In this document: positions 51,296 to 64,000 of the stretch, piece by piece
Position numbering within the stretch: position 1 is the first letter of the stretch
Layout: each line of letters opens with the position of its first letter
Assembly (NCBI GenBank): GCA_032718475.1
Contig: JAUCBJ010004529.1
Coordinates: 1 to 64,000 of the forward strand
Source: Nemertoderma westbladi
Taxonomy: Eukaryota; Animalia; Xenacoelomorpha
Reading direction: 5' to 3'
Length of the DNA: 64,000 bases
Notes under the pieces: model-generated
Seen by the model: the letters and a program-made list of their open reading frames with translations, nothing else
Database searches by the model: none
What the model was told of the DNA's origin: nothing
Translations under genes and position numbers: made by a program

Positions 51296-51637
51296 AGGAT
51301 CGGCATGCTGCATTGCAGCTGCATTTTTAAGAATGCTGTGCCGGCTTGTAGACAAAATTGCACCGCCACAACTCCCTATCACCCATGACATTTGCTAGAT
51401 CATCCGCATAAAATAATAATCGGACCTTACGTTTCCGATTAATTCTCAGTGACTTCCAAATCCTGGAAAGCCTATTCAAGGCTGCCCATGCCTTTCCCTT
51501 ACGTATTCGAAGGTCCTCACCTGACTTCCGGATCCATTATCCCAGGTAACAGAAGTCGTCCACATGCTCAAGCGTACCATCCTTTGAACTTATGCTCATC
51601 CGATCAGAGACTTGCTGAGGACTTTCAAAGTTAACTG

Positions 51638-52150
51638 TTTTCTGGAGTTAATAAAAAGACCAACATTAGAAGCAGCATGTTCTAATGAGCTGAGGAGCCG
51701 TTGGGCTCCCTCTACAGTAGTGATTTTGAGAGTACTCCTAAGTCATCAGCAAAGTCTAGATCAGTTAGGTACTTGGCAGGATTTCCTCGACTTCTGGAGC
51801 CAGTAGGTGGAGTTTCCATCACCCCATCATCATATGATGATCTAAGGACATTGTAGAACATAGTCAACCACAATTATGAACAAGAATGGTGCAAGTGTGT
51901 CTCCCTGGAGGACGCCCCATAACACTTGAAATGGTTCTGTATCACCGTCAACAGTATACACAAATGTTGTCGAACAATCATATACTGATCTGATTGCTGC
52001 AATAATTTCATCAGGAATCCCATATAGTGAAAGTATGCTGAACATACGTGAGTGAGAGACTGAATCAAAGGCCTTGAAGAAGTCAACAAAGATACAGCCA
52101 GTTGCCTGTCTTTCTTTTTTGATAACTCTTCAATTATCCTTTTAATTCCC
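51638..52150 (-). mobile_element. RTE LINE RT core fragment; paralogous copy at 63430-63797
   Basis: FVDFFKAFDS, YGIPDEII, GVLQGDTLAPFLFIIVVDYVL and DLDFADDL motifs. Confidence 0.88.
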
Positions 52151-54849
52151 AAAAAACGATTACTACGATTAAAACGATTAACGATTACTGCACCACTGTA
52201 TGCTCAAACTCAACCCATTCAACAACAAAGATCGACTTATTATTCTTTATATGCGCTATTGAGTATTGACTATCTGACTCGGAGTCTATCTATATGTCAT
52301 AAGTTTAAATGTCAAATTGTTTATGCTGGCCCATTACACTCGCAAAACTTAATATTAATATGAAAAAGTATTCAATATTAATTATAACCTTAAGTTAACA
52401 TAAAAATTATTTCAGTTAATAATTATAATTAAAGTGAACAATTACAAATTTATAATGTTCTTCTATATTATTATAGTACACATCAGTTTTGTGTACTTTT
52501 GATGTTAATATATTATAGGCCTATTATTATTAAAATTCTAATAATTTTTTACTAAAATATTGAACACCAAGAGCACACAAAACTGATGGATTATAATACT
52601 AACGTTAATTTTTTTTAAATGTTTAAATTTATGAAATATTTATTTAACTATCTTACAGTCTAAACAGCCACATAATTAACTCCGACTTGAGGACTCCTCC
52701 TCCTCGTCAAGGAGCATATTAATTAACCGACCTGCGACCAAGAGTCATTAAGCCTAATGATGCGTTAGGGCTAATTAATAATTAAATAAAAAGTATAATC
52801 TAGTCTAATCTATAAAAGTATAATTATAGGCCGGTACAACCGTACTAATTATTCCGACGATTTCCGAAGGTTTCTTGCTTCTTTTACTTTCGTTTAGTTC
52901 CTTTCTAGTTTGGGCCTAATCGGTAGCGGCATACCGGAAACCGGTACTGACGCTGTACCTCAGGTATATCTACAGCAGTCTGGCAGCCGTAGTCCACGAC
53001 CCCTAGGATTGTTAAGACTCGGAGTAGGCCTAGTAGGGAGCAGTACCACCTGGAGAAATAAATTATATTCTTGGAATAATTTTTTTCTAACTTTATAATA
53101 TTCTATATGGCGTGGCCTAGAGCAGCCACCTATATAAACCATTACGTGGTTAGCCTTATATCTATGCTTGGCAGCAGACATCCGCTATATAATTAATAAA
53201 ATCTTACATGGGATTTTTTTCAATTAATTTTTTTTAATTAATTTTTTTTCTTTAAAGTTTTTTCTGTAATTTTTTCTTTGTACATTTTTTTTCTATAATT
53301 TTTTTTCAATAATTTTTTTCTTCATAATTTTTTTTTCTGTATTAATTTTTTTTCAATATTTTTTCTGTTTATTTTTTTATATAAATTTTTTTATCGTAAT
53401 TAAATTAATTATCTTAGATGATGGTGATTTTTCATGTGGCAGCAATTGGCCACCATACTACTGTATATTAAGGGTACCAGCCCGCCGTGGGGGGTCAAAA
53501 AATAGACTTTTGGGTTGTGATCGATCCTACACCAAAATTTAATGGAGATTTCAAATCTGAAAACGATTTTCGAGATCTAAACCCGGTCTTGTTTTATAGA
53601 TATTTTAAATAGAGGTGTGTTGTGTTTAGCTAGCACTATACAACTTGCTGACTTGTCCCTTCTTGGCGGCATTGATTTATGCAAGTGACCCATAGGCTAG
53701 ATAGGACCATATAGATGGTCAAGTACAAATTCTCTGAAAGCCTGGTGAGTATATTGTGGTGAGTGATCTATAATGTCTGTCTGTACATATATCCGTTTAT
53801 ATGTCGGTCTGTCTCTGAACAACTAACACAGATGTCTGTCAGTCTGCCAGGTTGTCTATCAAAACTCAGAAAGCATACCAGTTGCCTCAATTATTCGTTA
53901 TGGCGTGTTTCTTGGCCGGTGATTTCATTTTCGTTCCGATGAGATTTTTTAGGTTAGATAAAATTTGGATTGTCTGTATGTCCATCTATATATGCCTAAT
54001 GTACAGTATAATACAAATGTGAAATGATATACTTCATAAAATGAATAAATAAAGATCTACACTACCGATATAAGATATGTATGTTTGTAGTATAAGAAGT
54101 TCCTAAAGCCTATTCACAGTAAAGCTAATTACGAAAATACGAAAATTGATATGTATATAATATCAGTAAAATGATATCGGTTTGATACTACAGTAGGCCT
54201 TATGTTTCCGATAAGCCGAAAAGCTCTTCTACCCTACAGGAGATTAGTCATTACTCATTAGTATGGTACCTCCTACCTTTGTTATTAAGATTAATTGTCA
54301 CGAACTGCACACCATCACCTCTACCTACGTAAACTTGAAGTTTGTTGTGGAGAGGCAGTAAACCTTCTGATTGGGTTTCAATCCAATTAAAATTGAGGCA
54401 ACAGGACAATAGTTGATCTGCTCATGATGTCAAGTGTCTCTGATTTCATTTAGACGTTGCTCGTCTTTCTAGTGAAGTGACCTGGAGATCAAATGCATTC
54501 CTGCAAAAAGTTTGAAATACATCATCATAACCCGTGTTGTAGGAGCATTATTCACAAAACATACAAACAATTAAAAATTGAACAGGTAGGATGGAAAAGG
54601 GTGTAACTTCGAAGAAATGCTTAACTGACCCTGAAACGGGAGAGAGACGCAAAATGGTGTTGTCGCGTTACGGCAAGTTTTTTAGGACAGTAGCCGTTAA
54701 AGCTACTTTTATTATTATTATTATAATTATTTTATTTCATTAGCTTCAGACGTAGACATATATGTATTATTGTATATACATATAGGTAGTATTATAGCAC
54801 AATAAGATTGAAATATAGGTAATTAATTATGCATTAAAATAGCAGAAAC

Positions 54850-57800
54850 CGAAAACCCCCCCATAAACTAGAATCATATTTATAACGTAACATCCTTACT
54901 GATGTAATCAAGGAGTTATTTGACTTCAGTATTCTAGAATACAAACTGTAAAAAGATCGAGGTCTTATATGCAAGGAAGTTGGAACTCTATTGTATACAA
55001 ACAATTCACTGGCATTGCAGTATATCTATTTAATATACGGAAAATCCTATGATATGCTCTCTGATTGTCTTAACGGAATTTACTGATATACCAACCAAAG
55101 ATTGCAAACATAAATACTAGTACAATATGAGCGAAATAATATATTTTTAACCTAACGGAACAATTACCAAATTTCCTAACTAGACTGTTACCTCTTCGAT
55201 ACAAACTATTTGTTTGGTTTTCTATATCCAACTTATCATCGATATTTGTATTTATAATATGATCTAAACTTTAAGTAGCACTACTAACTGTATTAATTAC
55301 TGATTACTTATTAAATAATGTTCCTCCGCATATTTACTGTATATATTTAGTTCTGGCAGAAACTCAGAACTGACAATGCAGTAAAGGATGCTTACACAGT
55401 AGAAGTTCAAAACCGCTTTGAAACACTTCAGTCAATGGATCAAGACCAGTCCACCAATTCAATATACCAGAATATAATAAAAGCCCACAAGGAATCAGCT
55501 AAGTGGCATATCCCCCAGAAACCCAAACGTAAACAGTATGTGCCATGGCAAAACTCTGAGGTTACTTGTAAGAGAGAAGATCTTAAGATAGATAAAGTAA
55601 AAAGCTGTAAAAAGTTTTTACTATAAAGTAAAAACCGAACAACCTACAACCGAAAACATTAACAAGGTTGAGAAAGCTAGTATATACAGGATAAAATTGA
55701 AGCAATTAAAAACGCTCACATACAGCAACAATCAGACTTACCTGGCAAACTGTAAATGAGGTATCTGGTCGGAAAAGGTGTGCAAAGGGGCGCCTCAAAG
55801 CCCCTCAAAGTCCCAAGCCACCTCAATGTCCTGAAGAACGTGTTGGGAAGTGGAAAAATCACTTCAGCAACTTGCTTGGGCAGCCACAAACATCGAGGTC
55901 AACCCTACAAGGAAAATATATGACAAGACACTACCTTTAGAAACAGGGGACTTCACACCTGCCGAACTCCAAATCTCCAATAATAAAGCGAGTGGATTAG
56001 ATGAAATTCCAGCAGAGGTATGGAAAACAGGAGTGCTAAACAGACCATTATTGAATGTTTGCAACCGGATGTTAAAAGGGGAAAAGCCACCACCAATTTG
56101 GACTAAAGGTCAACTAAAGACTTTCCCCAAGAAAGGAGACCTCGGTATACCAACAAACTATCATGGGATCTGTCTGCATGTGGTAGCTGCCAAAATATAC
56201 AATAAAATGATTCTATATAGGATTAGGCCTCACATAGAGAAACTACTGCGTGAGAGCCAAAACGGATTTCGACCAAATAGATCAACAATAGCTCAGATAC
56301 TTGCACTATGGAGACTGATTGAAGGAAATAAGTCAAAGAATCTCCCCCCAGTCATGACTTTTGAGGACTTCAAGAAGGCATTCGACTCCATCCATAGAGG
56401 TAAAATGCTTGAAATCCTAAGAGCTTATGGAATACCAGAAGTAATTGTTGCTGGCATTGGATTGTTATATTGTGACACAGAAGCACAGGTACTCTCACCA
56501 GATGGTGAAACTGAGTTTTTCTCAATCCTGGCTGGCGTACTGCAAGGTGACACATTAGCACCATTACTATTTGTGATTGTACTGGATTACGCAATGAGGA
56601 CGGCCACAAAAGGTGAAGCTGGGATTCACACTTCAAGAACGCAGAAGTAGTAGATATCCGGCAACTACAGTCACAGACACTGACTTTGCGGATGACATCG
56701 CCCTGCTCTCTAATACGCTAGCAGATGCACAGCTTCTACTAAATAAAGTGGAGAGGGCTGCTAAGGAGGTTGGATTGCATATAAATTCTACCAAGACCGA
56801 ATTCATGACTTTTAATGTTGATGGAAACTTGACAACCATTGATAATAATTAACTAAGGAAGGTCAACGACTTCCAGTACCTAGGATCATGGAGTAGCAAA
56901 AAGGACATAGAAGTTAGGAAAACAAAGGCTTGGGAAGCTCTATCAAAAATGGATACTATCTGGAAAACAGATCATTCCAGGCACCTGAAGACTAAGTTCT
57001 TTCGAGCCACAGTGGAAAGTGTATTTTTATACGGGGGTGAGACCTGGACACTGACTAAATCACTTGAACAATGAATTGATGGTTGCTACTAAGGGAAGAC
57101 TACTAAGGTCAGCCCTAAACATCAGCTGGAGACAACACATGACAAACGCTGAGCTTTATGGTATAATACCACCTGTATCAACCACGCTCCGTGAACACAG
57201 ATTAAGATTCAGTGAGCACTGCTGGCGAAGTAAAGACAAGGTCATACCAGATCTACTTTTCTGGCAACCAACTCATGGAAAGCGTAGTCGTAGACGACCG
57301 GACATAATATATATAGATCAACTTGAAAGGGATACTGAACTTGGGAGAAACGATATTGCGACAACTATGGAGAATCGGGAAGCCTGGAAGGATCTCATTT
57401 CCACTGTCCGAGTTCGCTCGACCTAGTAGTAGTAGTAGTATATCAATTAAAGTTTGTAATGCCTGGGGGCTAGTTGCCATAAGTGATAAATCATCTGCAT
57501 AAGAAATATTGTTACAACTACTATTATTCAAATTGCACCCTAAATTTGTATTATTTAGCTGACGTGAGAGATCGTCCATATAAACATTATACAAAATGGG
57601 AGAAATTACACTGCCCTGCTTAACACCATTTGATACAGGGAATTTACTTGTAAAAGACCTTTCCCATTTAATACATATAACTTGATTGCAATACCAATAG
57701 TCGAACTATAGATTTAGGTAACCCCCTATCTAATAATTTACTAAATAACAGCATATAATAACAATAATAATAACAGTTATTTCTTTTAGCACAAATATAT

Positions 57801-59510
57801 ATAAATCAGTGCTATGATATGCCTTAAAATCAAACTGGTTATCCGTTACATTAAGTTTAGATTTGTATCTTGTAAGAATCACCCATTCTAGAACTTTAGA
57901 TATCATGTTGGAGATAGCTACTGGGCTATAATTACTTTTATCAGTAACTCGCTCATTCTTATTCATTATTCTTTATTACAGGCACAATGTAGCTACTAAT
58001 AAGTGAAGAAGGTAAATAACTATAAAATAAATCCGTGGAAAGTAAAAAAGATAAATTGACTGACAGGTTGTCAGGAGCATTTAGTAAATGTTCCGCACTC
58101 ACTCTATCGGCACCACATGCCTTACCCATTCAACAGTTTACTATATTCTTCACGCCCCAAATATATCCTCTTCACCCATGGCTGAGTCTACAGTGTCCGG
58201 TAAGACGACACGCTGGCAACTTAACTTTGAAACCTGCTTCTAGAAATCCTTACAATCCGAATTTAACAAGCTTTGTGCCAAGGGATAATTTCTGATTCGT
58301 GTTTCCGATTTACAACATTGTCAAAGGGATAACCTAAACGACGCCCATATATTATGCATCTCTACAGCAATTGGGCCATCCCATGGACTCCCAACCACAA
58401 GCTATCACATGAAATCCTCTCTAGCTTTATCGTACTTGTCCTTAACAATTTCCAACCACCCAGGAACAATTGGAAAATATTTTTCACGAGGACTATGCAT
58501 AGGAATGGAAGATTTTGAAGCCACCGGAATAGCAAAACGGACCAATGTATGATTAGCCAAACGGACCCATCTAGAAGACTTTGCGAAACCGATTTCTTTG
58601 TGATAACCTAGAATGAATTATATGGAAACTGTGAGCGAGTAGAATTATCGCATTTACCCAAAGGAATACATAATCTAATACAAGTAACATCAGTACTGAG
58701 TTTACTCTTGACATACGATTCCACCATCTCCTTCGTAACCTCAGGATCACAGTTCGTAAGAAACAACTTTGACATTGCCTCAGCAGTGGGAAAACCTCCA
58801 GGCACGAAGTTATTCAACCATGGCTGTGACACACCTCCATTCCTTCCACCCAAACATACACCATGACCATTGTGACTGGTTGCTTGAGAAGCGCGAACCT
58901 GACGTCGTTGGCATCTCTCATTTGGGAATTGCCACTCTGCATCTTCTATACCTTTCCGCATAGCATCAACATATGAGCGGTTCGACGCATCATCTTCCCA
59001 TGACACAGCAGCATGGGCAGTACTATGGATCCACCATCCTTATCCAAGCTACTTGGACAGATGAACCATCAGGTCCAGGTTCCAGTACCGGTACCATTGT
59101 TAAATGGGCTGAAACTGGACCCGACCTACTCCGGTTAGACAAATCCGATTTTCGGACACAGTTGTGCTTGAGATCAGCAAACTTACCCATACCTGTCGCA
59201 TCAGTGAGATCATATCAGATGAGTTTACACTATGTGGTGATAAACTCCTGTGATCCCTCATTACGAATATTACATTAGGAACCATCTCCGAGAAACCAGG
59301 ATATTCAAATATGGATTCATGGACATAATATCCGAAACACTGTTCATCCAAAACTGGGAAGTGTTTTATTTCCTTAAAACCATCTTGGGCGTCCCATGCA
59401 CTAACAAACCCAGATAGAATATTTTTAGCTTGTTAGATTGTTTTATATTTTTGTATGTCACAATAATTTGAATTGAGTGTATTTTTATCTGTGTTTCCAT
59501 GATGCCTACA
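54850..59510 (-). mobile_element. Degraded RTE-X-like LINE (ORF1 remnant plus RT), split by an RTE insertion
   Basis: ORF1-like KLFLTNCDPEVTKEMVESYV (58608-59006); RT motifs GVKQGSVISPILYNVY..YADDL..ALQTLIDI (57440-57630), resuming as YSKYAEEH..SLYRRGNSLVRKF below 55346. Confidence 0.78.
55347..57438 (+). mobile_element. 5'-truncated RTE (BovB-like) LINE with frameshifts
   Basis: NRFETL, KASGLDEIPAEVWK, PKKGDL, QNGFRPNRST, DFKKAFDSIHR, GVLQGDTLAP, DFADDIAL, LRSALNISWRQH; (TAG)n tail; tatat flanks. Confidence 0.93.
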
Positions 59511-59610
59511 CAATGAGGCTTACTTAATATATTATATTTATATATATATAGTTAATTATAAGGAACAAGATGTGTACAGTACAAGCTGACTGGTGAAATA
59601 TATATATATA

Positions 59611-61339
59611 GAAACAAATGTGAAACCAGTCTCCTATCAAAGATGAAACCTGCCTACAAATAAACACTTTAATAACTGCTCGAATAACTATTCTATATAT
59701 TAGAAAATACAGGACTTTTTGTCCACAGAAAGGGGTAAGTCTACATGCTAAATTTGATAAAAATAAAGGGTTTCAGGATTTAAACACTGTACCCAGAGAA
59801 ACACAGCTCCATCATCAGCAGTGTACTGTGAGTCCCTAACCCTATCTTAATACAGCACTGTACCAATTGACCAAGAAATAGGAAATGTAACCAAATACTA
59901 AGGTGACCAGACGTCCCGCTTTCGGCAGGACAGTCCCGCTTTGTAGTCCCTCTGTCACATTGTCCCCCGAGATGCCTGGCGGGACGCCCGATTGTCCCGC
60001 CTTGGCTGAAACGATCCTGCTTTTCTAGTGAAATGTTGAATATAATTATTTTAACTCTAAACTGAACTAAACCTTATGGTAAGGAAATTTGAAATGACTG
60101 ATCTGCCGCACTGCACTGCAGCTGTTAAGTTCACCTGCCACTACTACCTGTACGGCCTGACTGAAATCGAAACTAAAACCATTTATACAGTATATTATAA
60201 TTGTTGTAGGCCTACGGTTTTTTCATGATTAAGTTCCTGTGCGCGTACGAAATGCGAAGCGATTTTGATTGACTGCATATTACCGTTTACTGATGAACTC
60301 ATGTTTAAAGATATCGAACAAGCTTCATTTGTTTCATTTTCCTTTGACAGTTCAAACCGAATGGTGCGGTGGCTGATTGCGGCCTATTATTGCCATTTTT
60401 TAATGTTTATCACCCGGGTGAAAAATATTTAAATGTTTAACCTTTCGGTGATTGTTTTGATTAGAATAACATGCCACTATAACCTGATCCTTTCCCTTAA
60501 TTGATTATTAAGATTGGGCGAGATATGCCAAGAGTGAATCTGGATCAAAATGATAGCTTTCGATATTATTTATAAGGAATCTAACTACATGTGTTCAGAG
60601 TTCCGACACATTCCTGGCGCGTTTTTCACCCGAGTCATAAATCGCCCCTTTCATTTTGAAACCACCTATATGGGATTTTTGCCGAAATGGATATTGCTGC
60701 ATTTCTTTATGTTAAAATGTATTCTGAATCTGATTAACTCACTTAGAAGGCCATGCCCCCAAAATCTTATACCAGTAAATCCTAAAACAAACTACCGAAG
60801 TGCATGCAACCAAAATAAGAAAGAACCAAAGTAAGAATAATGACCAAATTGTGTACCACTATATCTAACATGCATAACAAATGTTAACATGTTAGATATA
60901 GTGGTACACAATTTGGTCATTATTCTTACTTTGGTTCTTTCTTATTTTGGTTGCATGTACTTTGGTGGTTTGTTTTAGGCTTTACTGCTATCAGATTTTG
61001 GGTATCATCTATATCTACTTTCCGCCTGATTTGTTTTTTTCTGTATTTCAGTATTTGGTTACATTTCCTATTTCTTGGTCAATTGGTACAGTGCTGTATT
61101 AAGATAAGGTTAGGGACTCACAGTACACTGCTGATGATGGAGCTGTGTTTCTCTGGGTACAGTGTTTAAATCCTGAAACCCTTTATTTTTATCAAATTTA
61201 GTATGTTACACTTACCCATTTCGGCGGACAAAAAGTCCTGTATTTTCTAATATATAGGATAGTAATTCGTGCAGTTATTAAAGTGTTTATTTGTAGGTAG
61301 GTTTCATTTTTGATAGGAGACTGGTTTCACATTTGTTTC
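59611..61339. mobile_element. Foldback/palindromic element in a TA run, left arm interrupted by an hAT-like fragment
   Basis: 59611-59899 is inverted at 61050-61339; central hairpin at 60752-61008; the insert starts taaggtgaccagacgtcccg at 59899. Confidence 0.85.
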
Positions 61340-62005
61340 TATAATTAATTATATATATATATAATTAACAAATTTCGTGAATTTACACCACCCCTCTACT
61401 TGTGATGTAATCTCAGTAACATGGTCCTGATAACCACCTATTCATAATGTAATTTAAAACATCATTACACACCAGAGTTTCCTTCCGATGGTGCAGGACT
61501 GAAAAAGTCCTCCTTATCAGACTCAACCCTAGTAGTAGGCCTATCCGCTGGTACGGCTGGTAGGCTGTTTAGTCAGTAGGTAGGTACCATATAAGCAGTA
61601 TAGCAGTGCATCAGTCCAGTGCAGTCAGTCTGTTGCCATTATATTTTATAATTATATTATATTATAATTTGAAAGTGGTGGGAAGGATACTTTACAAATA
61701 AAGTAGCCGTAACGCGACAGTAGCTAACGCGACAACTCCATTATAAAGTACTACCTGCAGTCCGCCCCGCCCATTCATAATTTGTAGTACCTGCTTGATT
61801 ATTGCCTGCCTACATGTACCATAAGTTCAGAAGAGCCTAAATGCTGACAGGTGGAGGTGCGACTAATCACGCATTGAGAAAATAAATACCAATTTATTTT
61901 TAAAGTTATTTTGAGAATAATAACATTGAGAAGAGATTGATTCCATTAAAAAACAAAACAACGAGAAAATAAATACAATGAGAAAAATATATGCAAAATA
62001 TAAAT

Positions 62006-62415
62006 ATTGAGACAACAAACACATTGAAACAATAAACACATTGAGACAATAAACACATTGAGACAATAAACACATTGAGACAATAAACACATTGAAACAA
62101 TAAACACATTGAGACAATAAACACATTGAGACAATAAACACATTGAGACAATAAACACATTGAGACAATAAACACATTGAGACAATAAACACATTGAGAC
62201 AATAAACACATTGAGACAATAAACACATTGAGACAATAAACACATTGAGACAATAAACACATTGAGACAATAAACACATTGAGACAATAAACACATTGAG
62301 ACAATAAACACATTGAGACAATAAACACATTGAAACAATAAACACATTGAGAGAATAAACACTTTGAGACAATAAACACATTGAGACAATAAACACATTG
62401 ACAAAACGACATTGA
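62006..62415. repeat. 17-bp minisatellite (attgagacaataaacac), about 23 copies
   Basis: Directly visible homogeneous tandem array. Confidence 0.97.
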
Positions 62416-63429
62416 GAAAAAATATTAAGAAAATAAATAAATTGAGAGAAAAAACAATATAAAAAAAAATATTAATAAACTAAATTCATTAAAAAAATCA
62501 CAAGATCATGAGAAAAAGATAAAAGTCTCTTATGCAAAACAAACTTCAAACTAAATACAGATGAATGATACTGAAATTTATTTTATCATTATATAATTAT
62601 TGCCTGCCTATTGTGGGAGCCTCCGAAATTAAACCCAGAACCAATTATTTCATTATACATATATAACGTTGTATATTATTTTAATTCTATCTACCTTCTT
62701 ACAGTAATTATAAACGAAGGATCTCCGATGCCTGTAACATATCACAACCAAAACTTATCAGCAGGAAAAACTCCCGACCAACGAGGCGCAAACGCGTAGG
62801 AGCGTTTAAACAAAAATTTACATACGCCTGCTGAGTGAAAATTGATTTCCTTAGCCGTTTGCTTTGTTGTTATAATTTAATATTGAGCCAGCTTTCTCCC
62901 TGTGTAAATTGGTCTCTAAGTAACACAACATCATACACGAAGGAAGACCACACTAATGAATCATTAATTGAGAAACCAGCACTGCGAAGTGTGGCGAATG
63001 GATGTCAGTGAATTCAAGATACAGAGTTAGAAATCTAGATAGGAATTAATTTGGGATAAGAATAGAACAAAGTTCATTGAGAGTTTAGGGAATCGTGAAT
63101 TATCATAATTCAATAGCTAGTAAAGCTCTTATGAAACTGTAGGACCTAGGCTATTATTGGGAATCTTAAATATACACAAAAAGCTGAGTATCTTTTTTGA
63201 AAAATGTAATGTAAAGCATGGAAAACGGAGAGGACATTTATCCTCTTTATAAGTTCATATAGATGATAATAGGAATAATGTGTTTACATTACCGGTCCGT
63301 ATATAACAGCAGCGTACACGTCTGCACTATGTATAATACTTTAGGCTTTTATACTGATAATGTCGTCCCTCTTTATTATCCCCTAGAAATGTGCTGGGGG
63401 GAATTTGCCCCCCCCCCCCCCCCCCCCTG

Positions 63430-63797
63430 TCAAAATGTTGGTCTTTCTGGAGTTAATAAAAAGACCAACACTAGAAGCAGCATGTTCTAATGAGCTGAGG
63501 AGCCGTTGGGCTCCCTCTAGTGATTCTGAGAGTACTCCTAAGTCATCAGCAAAGTCTAGATCAGTTAGGTACTTGGCAGAATTTCCTCGACTTCTGGAGC
63601 CAGTAGGTGGAGTTATCATCACCCCATCATCATTATGATGATCTAAGGACATGCGTAGACATAGTCAACCACAATTATGTATGAACAAGAATGGTGCAAG
63701 TGTGTCTCCCTGGAGGACGCCCCATAACACTTCAAATGGTTCTGTGTCACCGTCAACAGTAGACACAAACGTTGTCGAACCATCGTATACTGATCTG
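63430..63797 (-). mobile_element. RTE LINE RT core fragment, close relative of 51638-51990
   Basis: YLTDLDFADDLGVLSESLEGAQRLL; nucleotide match to the 51.6-52.0 kb copy. Confidence 0.88.
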
Positions 63798-63854
63798 AAG
63801 ATCTGACCCGTATACCTATGCCCAGCCCATTGCTGCATATGAAAGAACTATGAC

Positions 63855-63910
63855 TGGACTTTTACTATTACTCAGCGTGGCATACCACGCTGAGTAATAG
63901 TAAAAGTCCA
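63855..63910. repeat. Perfect hairpin with 26-bp arms and a 4-nt loop
   Basis: tggacttttactattactcagcgtgg cata ccacgctgagtaatagtaaaagtcca. Confidence 0.9.
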
Positions 63911-64000
63911 AGAACAATCCCAGCAGAATTGTTTTTCATTTCTTACTGTAAGTAATGTAAGAAGATTCCAACCACTTACAAACCTCGCTCAACAAAGCAT

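Noticed and set aside
54275-54510. Possible minus-strand exon (tttttgcag acceptor ... gtagg donor)
   Set aside because: All three frames contain stops, and no partner exons were identified.
61863-62412. Three overlapping Cys-rich ORFs
   Set aside because: Translations of the 17-bp minisatellite.

Overview
AT-rich, repeat-dense eukaryotic DNA, apparently from an invertebrate animal; the taxon cannot be fixed from this window. There are two intact, convergent host genes, each encoded by a single uninterrupted ORF: FAM184A-like (6781-10053 +) and an FMN/Cappuccino-class formin (14243-17995 -) with FH1, FH2, a basic Capu/FSI-type tail and an apparent DEP-like domain. The rest of the window is mostly nested and decayed mobile DNA: an Academ element with a LINE inserted in it, a frameshifted hAT with a MULE-type MITE (9-bp TSD) upstream, an internally deleted Sola element, Harbinger- and pogo-type MITEs, a 1.7-kb foldback element, CR1/L2/RTE/RTE-X LINE fragments (one RTE inserted in an RTE-X), a SINE tail, an alpha-kinase pseudogene and several mini/microsatellites. 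The most unusual small-scale signal is a 32-bp perfect palindrome with CAAGG ends and an 8-bp TSD, which has the geometry of a P-element excision footprint. There is also a dense scatter of short TA-N3/4-TA motifs that may be other excision scars. Family assignments come from motif recall, not database searches. I could not demonstrate a clearly novel multi-gene system.
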